A DNA stretch of 64,000 nucleotides from a virus (taxonomy: Duplodnaviria > Caudoviricetes), in the IMG/VR virus record IMGVR_UViG_3300047509_000125, positions 2,019-66,018 of that record. One strand, written 5' to 3'. Positions 30,006 through 41,809 of the stretch are shown piece by piece; the first letter of the stretch is position 1, and each line of letters opens with the position of its first letter. The notes beneath the pieces are model-generated. The model ran no database searches, was not told where the DNA came from, and saw only the letters and a program-made list of their open reading frames with translations. Position numbers and translations under genes: made by a program.

Positions 30006-33000
30006 AAATATGGCGCACATGGGCGTTCCTGCTGCTGACGGCTGGCTTGCTCTATTCTGATCCGCCGCCTTTTCCACCGGCCAAACCGCTCACCTATTCT
30101 CCCGACGGGACGGTTCTCCCGACTTCGGTTAACGGGCAACCGTTAAAACTCCCGCAAGGCACCGAAGTTTTCTACTTAGGTAGCTATGTACCCATCAATC
30201 CGATTGGTGGAGGTGGCGGCGATGTTGCCAGCGAACAATTAAACTCGAGCCCAAACGCGACCGTAAACTGGAACGGCGGTAAAAAGTTCCTTCGTCAGAC
30301 AGTCGCGCTCACTCAAAGCGTTCCTGGCCATCTTCCACCGGCCAACAGTTTTGTTGCTGGCACAATCATTACTTACACCGATCCGGTTACGGCCGACACG
30401 CTGACCTACAGTGTAGCTTGGACGCCACAGGGCGCGGACACTCTCAACGGCGGGACCACTCCCTACAGCTTCTTTTTTGGCGGGGGCACGGTACAACTCG
30501 AAACCGACGGCGTAAGCGCGTGGACATCGTTACCGCGTCACCTGTCGATAAATCAGATTCAGGACACAGGAAATCCACTAATCAAAGTCGCTTTCGATGT
30601 GAGTCTGATGCCGACTGGAGTAAGTATAATTCCCGTTACGCCCAATTCCCCATTAGGCGTGTTCGATGATCCTGGCCACGATTTCGTATCTATATTTAAG
30701 ACCGCCGACAAATTTTATCGGGTAGCGATCGGTACCGGCCTCAATATCACCGGTGCCTCCCCGAACTATACGTTAAACGCGACCGCCTCAGCACCAGCCA
30801 GCATCGCTTCGTTCATGGGCACGAGCACGGTTCGTGGCATGAACAATGATGTCTATATCGCGATCCGGACCGACGGGAAACCCGGCACCGGAACGGCTGA
30901 AGATCCGTTCGACGGAAGTACAGCAGTTAAGTTCGATGCAATCATGGATGGGGTTGCAGCCGGTACTCGCGTCATTCTTCAAAAGAACACGATTTTTCTG
31001 ACTAACGGTGTGAAATGGCCGGATAACTCCAAGGGATGGACGGTTAAAGATTCAGAATATATCCAGGGTAATGGCGCTACCCTGAAACTAGCCACCTACC
31101 CAAATTCATGGGACGGCGTAACTGCCAACCAAAAAACGGCCGTAGTGGGAAACAGATATTTCGAAGCCCCGGTTAACGACGTCGTAATTGAGAATATCAC
31201 GATCGATTGTAACTGGGGGACGATCGGTCAAGCCGGAACCATCCAATCGCCTTGGACTAATAAAGCAGCGATGGCCGCATTCATCTATGGATCGAACTGG
31301 CATTACATTCGTTGCACGCACATAAATTCCTATGGCGACATAACTAGCGGCACCGAATGCTTCGCGTTAGGCGGTCAGGTTCCCGACCAGACTCATAATC
31401 CAGGCGCAGTTTGCGACACGCCATGGATTCAGGATTGCGTGGGACTCAATCCTCATGGTGGATACGTCGATGGGTTTTTTATCTTCGGAGTTGATAACAC
31501 GCACCTCGCTACGAATGGACGAATGACGGGATGTCGGACAGTCGGTGACTTTCATCCGGGTTGTTATCACTGGGCCTATGTTAAGGATCTAGAGATCGCG
31601 AACAACCTGTCCAATGGGGGTGGCGGGTGCTATACCGATACCGGAATGACGGATGGAGTCCGGGTAATCGGAAACAACCTTTACTGTAACGAACTTGGAA
31701 TAGGGATGGTTCAGGTTGACGGAGTCCCCCAGAGACGGATATGGATTGAGAATAACCGAATTCGTTATGCTTCAAACACGGTTTACGAGGGAATAGCCAT
31801 TAACGCTACAGCAGGGCAGGGCGATGATGTGATGATAAGTCACAATAAGATTGGACCTCGAACTGATGTTGAAATCCCCACTGGCGGTCAAGCTGCGATC
31901 GACATCGCAAACGGAATTACAAATGTCAAAATCATCCAGAACGAGATCAGTCGCTCTGCCGGATTCGAAATCTACGCAGGGACATCTCAGCCTAACGGTT
32001 ACTTAGTCGCTCATAATATCAAGCCGAGCGGGGCACCGGTGAGCCTGGTTAACAATATCACCAATATTCCGATTGATCCGATGACGGGAGGCGGGGGCGT
32101 GGACAATCAGTTTAATCGCAATTCATCACTGACCGGAGCACTCCGGATTACTGGCACGTATCCCGGCGACATTGACCGGGTGATATTCTATTATTTTCCA
32201 TCCAGCTACGTCATTCAAGCTGGCGACACGTTTCAGTATGAAGTTTTCAGCGAGGAAAGTAACGCGCGCTGGTATCCGAGCACTTGGATTAGGTTTACCG
32301 ACGTAACGGATACCGGGGCGAGCGTTGACCAAAACGGCGTCGCTAACTATCAGGGAGATATTCCTAACTACGGACGAGGACGATGGTATTTTCGGAAAAC
32401 AGATATGACGCCATATGTAGGTAAGACGATCCAGCGGGTTATCGTGGGTGCCAATAGTGGCGCAAGTGAGGTGTTAACCGAATACTGGCGCAACGTGCGG
32501 ATCGTGGATGTAAACGGGAAAACAGCCGCCATGTTTTACGAGGATAACGGACCCATTCCTTCAGTGCATTACGTTACCTCAATCACCAATCCGTCTGCGG
32601 TGGCCGTCCCTCCTCCTCTTTATTCTTACGACGGCACCGCAGGCGCATCCGCAACCACTGGCGGCGCGACGTTCAAGAACGGTCTTTACACCAGCGGCTC
32701 TATTTCCGCTGGCAGCACAATCGCCACCGACCCGATCTGGGCTGCGCTTGGTGACACGGTCTACGGGACGGGCGCGAGCACAGGCGCGAAGCTTTCGGGT
32801 AACACAACCGCAACCCGTAAGTTTTTGCGTCAGACCGGCAATGGGAGTGTGTCAGCCGCGCCCGCCTGGGACACGTTGGTTGCAGGTGATATACCTGATC
32901 TTAGCGCGACCTACGAGGTAGTCGGCACCACTGCCGGGCTAATCTCCGACACGGCTTACAACGCAACCACATGGGACGGTGACACGACTCATGCGCCATC

Positions 33001-35257
33001 GAAAAACGCGGTTCGGGATAAGATTGAGTCTTTGGCGTTTGTCAATTCCGTCACGACCGTCAACGGTATCAGCGGCACAAACACGGCTGGCGCCCTGACT
33101 CTCTCGCTTGGGGCGATTACACCGACGAGTATAACAACTGACGGCGAGGCTTCGGCAGCAGCGCAAGCTACAGGCGGTGCAGGCACAGAGGGGAGTCCGT
33201 ATACTTCATCCGATAACACTGGTGGGATTCAGACTGCGGTTAATAACCTAGCTGCGCTTCGAGGTGGTCTGGTCAATCTCGGAGCTTCACGTTTCAACGT
33301 GACAGCCGCCGACGGCGTTAGAGTCACAACTCCTGCGATCACGATAGCAGGTAAAGCCACTGCATTCAACGTTGACCCGAACGGAGTAGCTGAAGGCATC
33401 AACGGACCGAAGATCAAGTCTACAACTCACGGCATTCGTTTTGGGTTGGCGGCTAATAAGCTAGGCGGATTGGGTGCTCGTGACCTGTATCTTTATGGCC
33501 CGTCAAAAAGCACGACCAAAGACGGAATCACGGTAGATCAGAACGTTGACCAGATTCGATTTAGCAACCTCCAGATCACGAATTTTCAGTATGGTTTTGA
33601 TTTCAGTGCTTCGCAAACCGATGCCGGATATATAACGGACAGTAGTGTGCTTGGGTGTGGGGAAGCGATACACGCGCCGGGCGACGTTTCTTACCTCAAG
33701 GTTGCGAATTGCGAGTTTAGCGACAATGACCGGATTGGGATAAATATTTCAGGTTCAAATTGGGTGCGGCTCATCAACTGCACGATCGTTCGCAACGCAG
33801 CCAACGCTGGACTTAGTAATTCTTCAAACGTCTATCTGGGCGCGAGTAACTCAGTAATTTCTGACTGTGTGATTAGAAACGCTGGTGCGTCGGAAACTGG
33901 CGGCGCAGCGAGCGTTGGTGATGGCATTATTCTACATGGCAATAATAACTTAGTCTCTGCGTGCCAGATTCTACTGAACGACAAAGGAGCCGGAATACGA
34001 ATCCAGGGTAATAACAACACAATCGCTGCCGGAAACAATTTCGCCGGGAACGCGACCGATATTATCCTCGATTCAGGAGCTTCTGGAAACGTTATATATG
34101 CAGCCTCGACCGTCAGCATTACCGACAATAGCGGCAACTCCACAAACCAGATTATTCGTTCGGGATTTAATGCCAGCACAGTGCCAAACCTACAGTTATG
34201 GCTAAGGTCTGATACACTCGCCCTAACTGATGGTGCCGCAGTTGCGTCTTGGGCTGATTCAAGTGGGAACGGAAACACCGCCGCTCAGGCAACGGGCGGT
34301 AGCCAGCCAATATTTAAAACTGCCCAAGTCAATGGCAGTCCGGTAGTCCGGTTCAACGGATCGAGTCAATTTCTAGCAACATCGGGGAATCTTATCCAGG
34401 TTGGAACCGCAGATTTTGCGGTATTCCTTGCCGTAAAAGCCAGCGGGGACTCTGCTGCAAACCATACTGTAGTAGGAGATTTACAGTCCGGTAGCCCGTT
34501 TGGTGGCTTTGTCTTAAAAACTAATATCGCAAGTGCTGGTGGCCCGAGTGAAACGGCCACTAGAGATACAACTAGCGGAAGTGACACGATAGACGCAGCT
34601 TCCGTGACTGGGTGGCAAATTTTAGAAGCGGTTAGGGTAAACGGTGTTCTTAAACTTTATCGAACAGGAGTAAGCATCGGGACATCAGCTTCGACGCACA
34701 CGATTAGCTCCGCAGCACCATTAGCAATCGGCAAAGACCGCACCGGCGGCAGTGAGTATTTCGACAGTGATCTAGCGGAGGTCTTGGTTTTCAATTCGAC
34801 TATCACACCGCAACAGCGCAACACGGTCGAGCAATATTTGGCAACAAAATATGGATTGACCCTTCCTTCGATTGGTTCAACTCCGGTCATCGTATCGCGT
34901 GAACGCCTAATAGCACAGACTGGAGCGGTAACGGTTTCATCTTATCCGGTCGGTTCCTCGGATGGATCGTTTTATGTCTCTATGAACATGAACGTAACTG
35001 CAGCAATAGCTGTTTCGACAAGCATGAACTGTGGTTACACGGACGAGACGAATACTGGCCGCGTAATGATTCTCCCAGTTACCGGACTAGCTGGAACATA
35101 CTTAGCCGGAGGTTTAGTGACAACGACCGGGCCATTTGAAAGTTCGGTTATGCACATTCGATGCAAGGCCGGAACTAATATCAATCTCACGATCGCGAGC
35201 GGAACCTTCACTTCAACCACGTTCAACGCTGAGGGTATTATTCAGCAGCTACAGTGA
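30002..35257 (+). CDS. Giant fibre/adhesin-like protein (1751 aa): signal peptide, two right-handed beta-helix regions, carbohydrate-binding insert, LamG/ConA-like domain
   Basis: MKIWRTWAFLLLTAGLLYS; GTGTAEDPFDGS; IxNN/IxGN repeats; LQLWLRSD...WADSSGNG...AEVLVFN. Confidence 0.75.
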   Translation: MKIWRTWAFLLLTAGLLYSDPPPFPPAKPLTYSPDGTVLPTSVNGQPLKLPQGTEVFYLGSYVPINPIGGGGGDVASEQLNSSPNATVNWNGGKKFLRQTVALTQSVPGHLPPANSFVAGTIITYTDPVTADTLTYSVAWTPQGADTLNGGTTPYSFFFGGGTVQLETDGVSAWTSLPRHLSINQIQDTGNPLIKVAFDVSLMPTGVSIIPVTPNSPLGVFDDPGHDFVSIFKTADKFYRVAIGTGLNITGASPNYTLNATASAPASIASFMGTSTVRGMNNDVYIAIRTDGKPGTGTAEDPFDGSTAVKFDAIMDGVAAGTRVILQKNTIFLTNGVKWPDNSKGWTVKDSEYIQGNGATLKLATYPNSWDGVTANQKTAVVGNRYFEAPVNDVVIENITIDCNWGTIGQAGTIQSPWTNKAAMAAFIYGSNWHYIRCTHINSYGDITSGTECFALGGQVPDQTHNPGAVCDTPWIQDCVGLNPHGGYVDGFFIFGVDNTHLATNGRMTGCRTVGDFHPGCYHWAYVKDLEIANNLSNGGGGCYTDTGMTDGVRVIGNNLYCNELGIGMVQVDGVPQRRIWIENNRIRYASNTVYEGIAINATAGQGDDVMISHNKIGPRTDVEIPTGGQAAIDIANGITNVKIIQNEISRSAGFEIYAGTSQPNGYLVAHNIKPSGAPVSLVNNITNIPIDPMTGGGGVDNQFNRNSSLTGALRITGTYPGDIDRVIFYYFPSSYVIQAGDTFQYEVFSEESNARWYPSTWIRFTDVTDTGASVDQNGVANYQGDIPNYGRGRWYFRKTDMTPYVGKTIQRVIVGANSGASEVLTEYWRNVRIVDVNGKTAAMFYEDNGPIPSVHYVTSITNPSAVAVPPPLYSYDGTAGASATTGGATFKNGLYTSGSISAGSTIATDPIWAALGDTVYGTGASTGAKLSGNTTATRKFLRQTGNGSVSAAPAWDTLVAGDIPDLSATYEVVGTTAGLISDTAYNATTWDGDTTHAPSKNAVRDKIESLAFVNSVTTVNGISGTNTAGALTLSLGAITPTSITTDGEASAAAQATGGAGTEGSPYTSSDNTGGIQTAVNNLAALRGGLVNLGASRFNVTAADGVRVTTPAITIAGKATAFNVDPNGVAEGINGPKIKSTTHGIRFGLAANKLGGLGARDLYLYGPSKSTTKDGITVDQNVDQIRFSNLQITNFQYGFDFSASQTDAGYITDSSVLGCGEAIHAPGDVSYLKVANCEFSDNDRIGINISGSNWVRLINCTIVRNAANAGLSNSSNVYLGASNSVISDCVIRNAGASETGGAASVGDGIILHGNNNLVSACQILLNDKGAGIRIQGNNNTIAAGNNFAGNATDIILDSGASGNVIYAASTVSITDNSGNSTNQIIRSGFNASTVPNLQLWLRSDTLALTDGAAVASWADSSGNGNTAAQATGGSQPIFKTAQVNGSPVVRFNGSSQFLATSGNLIQVGTADFAVFLAVKASGDSAANHTVVGDLQSGSPFGGFVLKTNIASAGGPSETATRDTTSGSDTIDAASVTGWQILEAVRVNGVLKLYRTGVSIGTSASTHTISSAAPLAIGKDRTGGSEYFDSDLAEVLVFNSTITPQQRNTVEQYLATKYGLTLPSIGSTPVIVSRERLIAQTGAVTVSSYPVGSSDGSFYVSMNMNVTAAIAVSTSMNCGYTDETNTGRVMILPVTGLAGTYLAGGLVTTTGPFESSVMHIRCKAGTNINLTIASGTFTSTTFNAEGIIQQLQ

Positions 35258-38200
35258 TGATGCCCAACTCCTCGCACCCGAAAAGGCCCTGTGGAACCAA
35301 GTGTTTCGGTGACTTACATGAGCAATTCAAACGGAAATGGCCGGGCAAATTGAGAATATTTTGCCTAACCGTTTGTCTATCCTGGCTATTCGTTAGCCAG
35401 CTGTTTGGCGCGATTTATTATATTGACTCCGTAGGCGGCTCTGACGCGAACAACGGCACATCCCAGTCTACCCCCTGGGCGCACGCGCCTGGCATGTCTA
35501 ACTGGACGGGCTCACACGTCCCAGTGAGCGGCGACGTGTTTGATTTTAAGGGTGGGTCGAGTTGGGTAATCAGTTCGACGTGGAATATTTCGTGGTCTAA
35601 CACGACATGGAAATCGGACTGGGGAACAGGTAGAGCGGTGTTTGATGGACAATTCGCCGTCGCCAGTGGCTTGGTAAACATTAGCGTATCAAACGTTACT
35701 TTCGGAAGTGGTCTTGACGTTGGTAAAATGACGTTCCCGGCCAACCCGAATTTTGGCATTGGAGTTGTACGCGCTTCTGGCAACAGCCGAATTACTAACT
35801 GCATAATCCATGATTGGGCGTTTCAGTCGCAGTCTGACGCCCTCAATCAATCAGGAGGATGTGGCGGAACTTTTGCGACTTCTTTTGTCGATCACTGCGA
35901 ATTTCATCAGTTGAACGCCGGGCAAATATCGGGGTCGGCAACCATAAATACGTTCAATAGTTCGTTTAACGACATTCACGATACCAATACCGCGTTTCAG
36001 GTGGGGTTTGTCTCAGGAGCAACCTTCAGATCCGATCACGATCACATCCATAACTGCCCTCGGTCGTGGAACCCTAGCGACCACGCGAATGCCTACTCGA
36101 TCTCATGTCCGACCGCGATAATCTCTAACGCTTGGGTCCATGACCTATCGTATAACAACGGACCGGTTAACCTTCAGGCCGGAACGGGTAGGCATACCAC
36201 TATCTATAATTCCCTATTCTACAGGACTGGCGGAACGCTGAGTGGAACAGCCCAAAACATTGTCTATCAACGGTCACAGTCCTCGAACACGATCGACATT
36301 TATAACTGCACTTTCGTAGCTCCTGCTTGTGAGCCCGCCATTACCAACAATCCGTCGATCATTAGAACGGTCCAAGACACTGGCACGACACAGTTTGGCA
36401 TCCTGACGATTCGTAATTGCCATTTTATCACTAACGGTGGAGGGACTGTCTCATTCGATTCCGGAACAACCCCACTTCAATATTTTAACGACAACAACAC
36501 CACGCAACCACTCGCTACCGCAAACGCGCAGGGTTACGTGCTTACCAATCTTTATCAGCCGAGTTCTGGCGGCGACACGATCAACCACGGTTCACAAACC
36601 TTCACTAACGGACCGGTCACAGACCTAACAACACTTTTCACTACCGACCGGCTTAGTGCTGCGCGCACGCCACCTTGGGACACTGGTGCCTACGAGTTTG
36701 GCGGAATAATCACACCTACCCCTACACCAACTCCAAGCGGCACCCCGACGCCAACACCCACCCCAACCCCGACGCCTACCCCGACGCCGAGCCCTGGGAT
36801 TGTTCATACCTATGGCGCTGGTTCCGGTGGCAGCGGAAGCGAGTTTGTTCCTAACGGAGCGGTTCAGGGTTTCTTTGAGGTTTGGGGAGGTGGTGCTGGC
36901 GGAGGCTACAGTAACACCGGATCGGTTGGACGCGGAGGTGGCGGCGGCGCCTACACATTCAAAGCGCTTCCCTTAACGTTTGGCGACTGGGGAAAGAACG
37001 TTCCTTGGGTTAAAGGGACTGCCGTATCGGGTGTGACTGGTGGCGCGAGTGTTCCCGGCACTGATGGCAATGATACTCTGATTGACGCAAGTCTGCTTCA
37101 CTGGGGCGCACAAGCCTCGGTATACGCACATGGCGGCGCCCACGGTTCGATTGCTACGAGTGGTGCGGGCGGCACTGGCGGAATTGGTAGCGGCGGCGAT
37201 TTCTCACTTGCGGGTGTCTCGGGCGATACGACTGGGCAAGGTGGCGCTGGAGCAAACGGTGGAGCCGGTGGTGGACTTCCAGACACGGTTGGGAAAAACG
37301 GAACGAATCCCGGTGGCGGCGGCGGTGGCGGTTGGACAACTTCCGGCGCGGCGGGCGGTGGAGCGGCCGGACAGGTTCGTTACACATGGAACTTTGTAGC
37401 GATCCCGACACCAACCCCCCCTCGGTTTACGACCGTCACGCATCAAGGCGAACAATGGTATATCAACGGCGTTGAAACATTTAACACGAACCCGAAACTA
37501 GCGGGCCTATTGCCTAACGTCCGAACGGTTAACGCTACGTTCGAAGACGCCACTAACGCTTTTTCTCTTACTTACCCGTCGCCGAGTCCAGCGTATGATC
37601 CAATCCGGCAAACCAACGAGTTCTGTAACGCTTTGCACAGTTGGAAACTTAAAGGCGTGCTCGCCGTCACTCTTAATATGCAAGGCGGCAATCCGGTTAA
37701 CGGAACTTCACTGGTCTGGAGTAATAGCGCGTACAACTCGGATAGCAGTCTTAAACCCAATTACATGACGCGGGTCCAGCAATGTATCGACAAACTGGAT
37801 TCAGAAGGCATGGTTGCCATTCTCGGGTTGTTCTACGGACCACAAGCGACTTCGCTTACTTCAACTCAGATAACGAATGATCTGGTCTCAGCGGTGGATT
37901 GGGTAGTCGATCACGGTTACACCAACGTCATCATCGAAGTCGCTAACGAGATAAATCAGACGAATCCAGGTGGCTCACCGTGGTATCCCTCATTCATGTT
38001 GGAAGGCGGCAATCCCGGCATCGAATATTTTATGAACTTGGTCACAAGCGAATCGACCAGCCGCGGCCGGCGCCTCATGGTTACGGAAGATATGACTGGC
38101 GGCAATTATCCGTCGGACGCGATGATCGCCGCGGAAGACTTGATTGTTTTGCATGGCAACAATCAAACCGCGCAATGGATCGTACAAGCCGTTGGCGCGA

Positions 38201-40161
38201 TGCGAGCGAAGAACACGAACAAGCCTATCGTGTTCAATGAAGACAGCGACGGTGGCCCGGCATCGAGTCTATATCCCGGTTCAACTATTCCTAACTATCT
38301 TGCGGCAAGAGACAATGGCGCGTCGTGGGGGTTTCATCCCAATTACCTGAACGATTACATAACTGGTTTCCAAGGTCCGCCGACAAATTGGGCCAACATC
38401 AATACCAGTTCGCCAACACCGACCAGCTCGCCTAAAGCTACCTGGTTCAACCAGCTCGCCGCTGACGTAGCCCTAACCCCGACACCCACGCCAACAATCG
38501 GTCCATTCGTCAATGGCAGCTTCGAATCTGATTACACCGGTTGGCAGACACATACCGGCAATCAGAACATCAACACTATCGCCAATTACCCGGTCACGGA
38601 CGGCACTAAAGATGTCCAATTTAACGGTCAACAGCTTCCGGTAAACGGGGTTTTGTCCCAAACGTTTACGACTACGCCTACCCAGCCGCTAACCATGTGG
38701 TTCGATCTTGGCGTGTTCTCATTTAACGCCAGCAACCAAATGGGCTTGAACGTCAAAGTCGTTAGTAATAGTTCAACCCTGGTTAACCAAAATTTCACTA
38801 AGAACGGTGCGGGAAATGTCGGTGGCGTAACCGCTTGGAACACGAATCAATCGGTTAATTTCACGCCAGCCGGGGCCACTACAACGGTCACGTTCACGGA
38901 TGTATCGACCGCCACGACTAACATTGATGTCTTTCTGGATAACGTCCGCATTGGCACTCCAACCCCTACGCCTACCCCAACTCCCACTCCCACACCTACC
39001 CCGACCCCCACACCGACTCCAACGCCTACACCGACGCCAACCCCGACCCCAACACCTACGCCCACGCCAACCCCGACTCCAACGCCGGCTGTAGTCACCT
39101 CGGCCGCTACCAACATTGGCGTAACTACTGCAACTCTTAACGGCGCAGTTAATCCCGAAGGCGCCGCTACAAATTATCTTTTCAATTACGGTCTAACTAC
39201 GGGTTACGGATCGACCACGGCGACCAATAACGCCGGATCTGGAAATGCACCGCTGACTCAGAGTGTTGGTGTAACCGGGCTTTCACCAGCGACCGTCTAT
39301 CACTACCAAATTTCAGCGACCAACGGAGGCGGAACAGCGTTAGGTGCCGATGTCAGTTTCACGACTTCGCCCACTCCCACGCCGACGCCAACGCCGACCG
39401 TGCCAGCGACGCCTACCCCGACGCCCACTCCGACCCCAGCAATCCTGAATATAACGACATCAACAATCAATTTCGGCACGGTTCTCGTTAACAGCACACC
39501 GGCTGACATAAATATGGTTGTCGCCAATACCGGATCAGTTTCAGGAAACCGCACACTGACAGCGTTGTCTGCTCCGTTTTCCTTGGTTAACGGTACCAAC
39601 TACACGTTCAATGTCGGGAATACCAATGTGCCGATCCGGTTCCGGCCAACCTCGGCCAATAGCTATATGGCGACGGTAACGGTAGACAACAGTACCGCCG
39701 TAATTGAGGGCGTTGCGGTTACGCCTACGCCAACACCTACTCCAACACCCACGCCGACACCTACTCCGACACCCACGCCAACACCGACACCGACTCCCAC
39801 GCCCACGCCGACCCCTACGCCAACTCCGACCCCGACGCCGACGCCGACGCCCACACCGACCCCCACGCCAACACCCCTTCCGGCGCTAACAATCGTTATT
39901 AACGAAGCCATCACGGTTGGACCGGTGCCGCTGCCAGTGACCTTTACCACTTCAGGTGTCGGGACTCCGACTACTTGGGCGTGGACTTTCGGCGATGGCG
40001 GGACTTCAACCTCGGCTTCGACTGTGAACCATAATTACACGAACCCCGGCACTTACCCCGTTACCCTGGCGGTGACTGACGCGAATGGCACACGCGCGAC
40101 CGCCGCGGCGCAAGTGACTACGATGACCGCGCCATCGAAATCAATTATTATCGTGAAATGA
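35254..40161 (+). CDS. Giant multidomain secreted-type protein: beta-helix, Gly-rich domain, clan GH-A (GH5-like) TIM barrel, DUF642-like, FN3, ASH/Ig-like and PKD domains joined by Pro-Thr linkers (likely start TTG 35350)
   Basis: Signal peptide then YYID...[12 protein letters not shown]; IEVANE and IVFNED glutamate pair; FVNGSFE; LSPATVYHY; WTFGDG...HNY..PG.Y. Confidence 0.8.
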   Translation: MMMPNSSHPKRPCGTKCFGDLHEQFKRKWPGKLRIFCLTVCLSWLFVSQLFGAIYYIDSVGGSDANNGTSQSTPWAHAPGMSNWTGSHVPVSGDVFDFKGGSSWVISSTWNISWSNTTWKSDWGTGRAVFDGQFAVASGLVNISVSNVTFGSGLDVGKMTFPANPNFGIGVVRASGNSRITNCIIHDWAFQSQSDALNQSGGCGGTFATSFVDHCEFHQLNAGQISGSATINTFNSSFNDIHDTNTAFQVGFVSGATFRSDHDHIHNCPRSWNPSDHANAYSISCPTAIISNAWVHDLSYNNGPVNLQAGTGRHTTIYNSLFYRTGGTLSGTAQNIVYQRSQSSNTIDIYNCTFVAPACEPAITNNPSIIRTVQDTGTTQFGILTIRNCHFITNGGGTVSFDSGTTPLQYFNDNNTTQPLATANAQGYVLTNLYQPSSGGDTINHGSQTFTNGPVTDLTTLFTTDRLSAARTPPWDTGAYEFGGIITPTPTPTPSGTPTPTPTPTPTPTPTPSPGIVHTYGAGSGGSGSEFVPNGAVQGFFEVWGGGAGGGYSNTGSVGRGGGGGAYTFKALPLTFGDWGKNVPWVKGTAVSGVTGGASVPGTDGNDTLIDASLLHWGAQASVYAHGGAHGSIATSGAGGTGGIGSGGDFSLAGVSGDTTGQGGAGANGGAGGGLPDTVGKNGTNPGGGGGGGWTTSGAAGGGAAGQVRYTWNFVAIPTPTPPRFTTVTHQGEQWYINGVETFNTNPKLAGLLPNVRTVNATFEDATNAFSLTYPSPSPAYDPIRQTNEFCNALHSWKLKGVLAVTLNMQGGNPVNGTSLVWSNSAYNSDSSLKPNYMTRVQQCIDKLDSEGMVAILGLFYGPQATSLTSTQITNDLVSAVDWVVDHGYTNVIIEVANEINQTNPGGSPWYPSFMLEGGNPGIEYFMNLVTSESTSRGRRLMVTEDMTGGNYPSDAMIAAEDLIVLHGNNQTAQWIVQAVGAMRAKNTNKPIVFNEDSDGGPASSLYPGSTIPNYLAARDNGASWGFHPNYLNDYITGFQGPPTNWANINTSSPTPTSSPKATWFNQLAADVALTPTPTPTIGPFVNGSFESDYTGWQTHTGNQNINTIANYPVTDGTKDVQFNGQQLPVNGVLSQTFTTTPTQPLTMWFDLGVFSFNASNQMGLNVKVVSNSSTLVNQNFTKNGAGNVGGVTAWNTNQSVNFTPAGATTTVTFTDVSTATTNIDVFLDNVRIGTPTPTPTPTPTPTPTPTPTPTPTPTPTPTPTPTPTPTPTPTPTPAVVTSAATNIGVTTATLNGAVNPEGAATNYLFNYGLTTGYGSTTATNNAGSGNAPLTQSVGVTGLSPATVYHYQISATNGGGTALGADVSFTTSPTPTPTPTPTVPATPTPTPTPTPAILNITTSTINFGTVLVNSTPADINMVVANTGSVSGNRTLTALSAPFSLVNGTNYTFNVGNTNVPIRFRPTSANSYMATVTVDNSTAVIEGVAVTPTPTPTPTPTPTPTPTPTPTPTPTPTPTPTPTPTPTPTPTPTPTPTPTPTPLPALTIVINEAITVGPVPLPVTFTTSGVGTPTTWAWTFGDGGTSTSASTVNHNYTNPGTYPVTLAVTDANGTRATAAAQVTTMTAPSKSIIIVK
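38956..39087 (+). repeat. Pro-Thr coding repeat (others at about 36712-36795, 39370-39438, 39721-39876)
   Basis: ACN-CCN hexamers with varied third codon positions. Confidence 0.9.
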
Positions 40162-40853
40162 AACTTCTACGCCTAATTAAACGAAAGCTGGACGACTGGT
40201 TCGGGGAAGGTCAGCCGTCAGTAAAAGAAGTAATTGGTTCTTCTATCGGAGCATTCATCGCGGTAGGAATATTCGCGGCCGCGCTATTTTTTGTTCAGCT
40301 AGTCTTCGGCGAAGATTACCCCAAACCCGACCCGGTCATGTATGTGAAGGAGCGTGACAACAACATGACTCTCTACGTGGCGATTATCGCTACCATCGTG
40401 TCTCCTTCAATCCTCGCGTTTTTCAACAATCGCGCCCGACGTAAAGAAAAACAGGCAGAATGGGAACGAGAGGACAAGGTTAAAAAGCAAGAGAGAGAGG
40501 AAAGGGCGGCAGCAGCCTCAGCAATAGCAACAGCGGCAGAGCTAGTGAAAAAGACCTTAGCGGCAAACGAACTAGCGACCAAGAACACGTTAGCCGGAAT
40601 CGTTGATACCGGAAACAAGGTCCACATCCTAACCAATAACAATATGGAGATCAGCTTGACAAACACGGTCGAGTCACGAAGAGCGGGCTTGGTTTCTTTA
40701 CAGCGGATAGCCAAATTAACAAAAGACCCAGTGGACTCAGAACTTGCTCGGTTAGGAGATGTGGCGCTGAAAGATGCAGAGAAAAAGCTTGAGGAGCACA
40801 GAAAGAAACAAGCCAAGGTGGATTCAATGCCCCACCCCCCTATAGTGGAATAG
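40158..40853 (+). CDS. Membrane protein with coiled-coil (lysis region)
   Basis: Two hydrophobic segments plus a charged helical tail. Confidence 0.55.
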   Translation: MKLLRLIKRKLDDWFGEGQPSVKEVIGSSIGAFIAVGIFAAALFFVQLVFGEDYPKPDPVMYVKERDNNMTLYVAIIATIVSPSILAFFNNRARRKEKQAEWEREDKVKKQEREERAAAASAIATAAELVKKTLAANELATKNTLAGIVDTGNKVHILTNNNMEISLTNTVESRRAGLVSLQRIAKLTKDPVDSELARLGDVALKDAEKKLEEHRKKQAKVDSMPHPPIVE

Positions 40854-40892
40854 CTTGACAAAGATGAAAAGAGTCCGACACGCTCATTGGCC

Positions 40893-41126
40893 ATGAAGCT
40901 CCTGATTCTACAGGGGGCACTTTTCACGATTATAGGTGCCCTTACCCCGGTAGTGACAACGTTAGGCAGCGACAGCCCGATAACTCAGCGCACGATCGTA
41001 GTTATAGTCGTGGGAGGCATCTTGTCCGGCTGTAATAGTCTCAAAAGTTTTTTGAGCACTACATACGGAGATTCGCAGGCTAATCCCCGGAATCAACATC
41101 CGCCAGAGCCGCCAAAGTGGCCATGA
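40893..41126 (+). CDS. Putative holin
   Basis: Small protein with two TM helices; TTGACA at 40855 upstream. Confidence 0.55.
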   Translation: MKLLILQGALFTIIGALTPVVTTLGSDSPITQRTIVVIVVGGILSGCNSLKSFLSTTYGDSQANPRNQHPPEPPKWP

Positions 41127-41803
41127 CAGCTTGCGTTTATAGTATTCTGAATCTGCTTAACGGTCATCGTTATATCGGCAGCGCCAAAAACTTCAGGAAG
41201 CGAAAATGGGCACATACCTCCATGTTGAATTGCGGCACGCATCCGAATATCAAGCTTCAGCGCGCATGGAGAAAGTACGGCTCATCCGCATTTCGGTTCG
41301 TTGTCCTAAGTGTAATTCGGTGCATGGACAATCTCCTAGAATCGGAGCAGGCATGGCTGGACGGATACGATCCTGAATATAACATCGCCAAGTCCTCTAC
41401 GGCGCCAATGCGAGGCAGATTGCATAGCGAAGACACGAAACTCCGAATAAGCCTGTTCTGGAGGGGTAAGACGCGTTCCAAAGAAACTCGCCGGAAAATG
41501 AGCGAGGCTAATCTAGGTAAGGTTTATTCGTCGGAAACACTCGCCCGAATGAGTGCTGCGCAAAAAGGCAAGAAACAATCGCCAGAGTTGATAGAGAAGA
41601 AGCGCCAAGGAAATTTGCGGTATTGGAAGGATCACAAACATTCTCGATTATCTCTAACCTGCAAAAATCCGAAGTGCGGAAAAGTGTTCGAACGCCTGCC
41701 TTGTCAATTAACTCACCCTAACTCCGGTAGCTTCTGTTCTGTTTCGTGCCGAGGCCAAGTGATTGGCTGTCGGCCTTGGCAGAAAGTTCAAATAGAAAAC
41801 TAA
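41117..41803 (+). CDS. Free-standing GIY-YIG homing endonuclease with NUMOD3 repeats and C-terminal Zn motif
   Basis: CVYSI.N..NG..YIGS...R...H...L, EQ.WLD, YNI, HSEDTK.RIS / SKETRRKMSEA. Confidence 0.9.
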   Translation: MAMTACVYSILNLLNGHRYIGSAKNFRKRKWAHTSMLNCGTHPNIKLQRAWRKYGSSAFRFVVLSVIRCMDNLLESEQAWLDGYDPEYNIAKSSTAPMRGRLHSEDTKLRISLFWRGKTRSKETRRKMSEANLGKVYSSETLARMSAAQKGKKQSPELIEKKRQGNLRYWKDHKHSRLSLTCKNPKCGKVFERLPCQLTHPNSGSFCSVSCRGQVIGCRPWQKVQIEN

Positions 41804-41809
41804 TCCCTA

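Noticed and set aside
38847-39950. Antisense (GV)n and Arg/Leu-rich ORFs
   Set aside because: Shadows of the Pro-Thr linkers
41117-41803. Group I intron around the GIY-YIG endonuclease
   Set aside because: The ORF abuts intact neighbouring genes with no room for intron core structure; treated as free-standing
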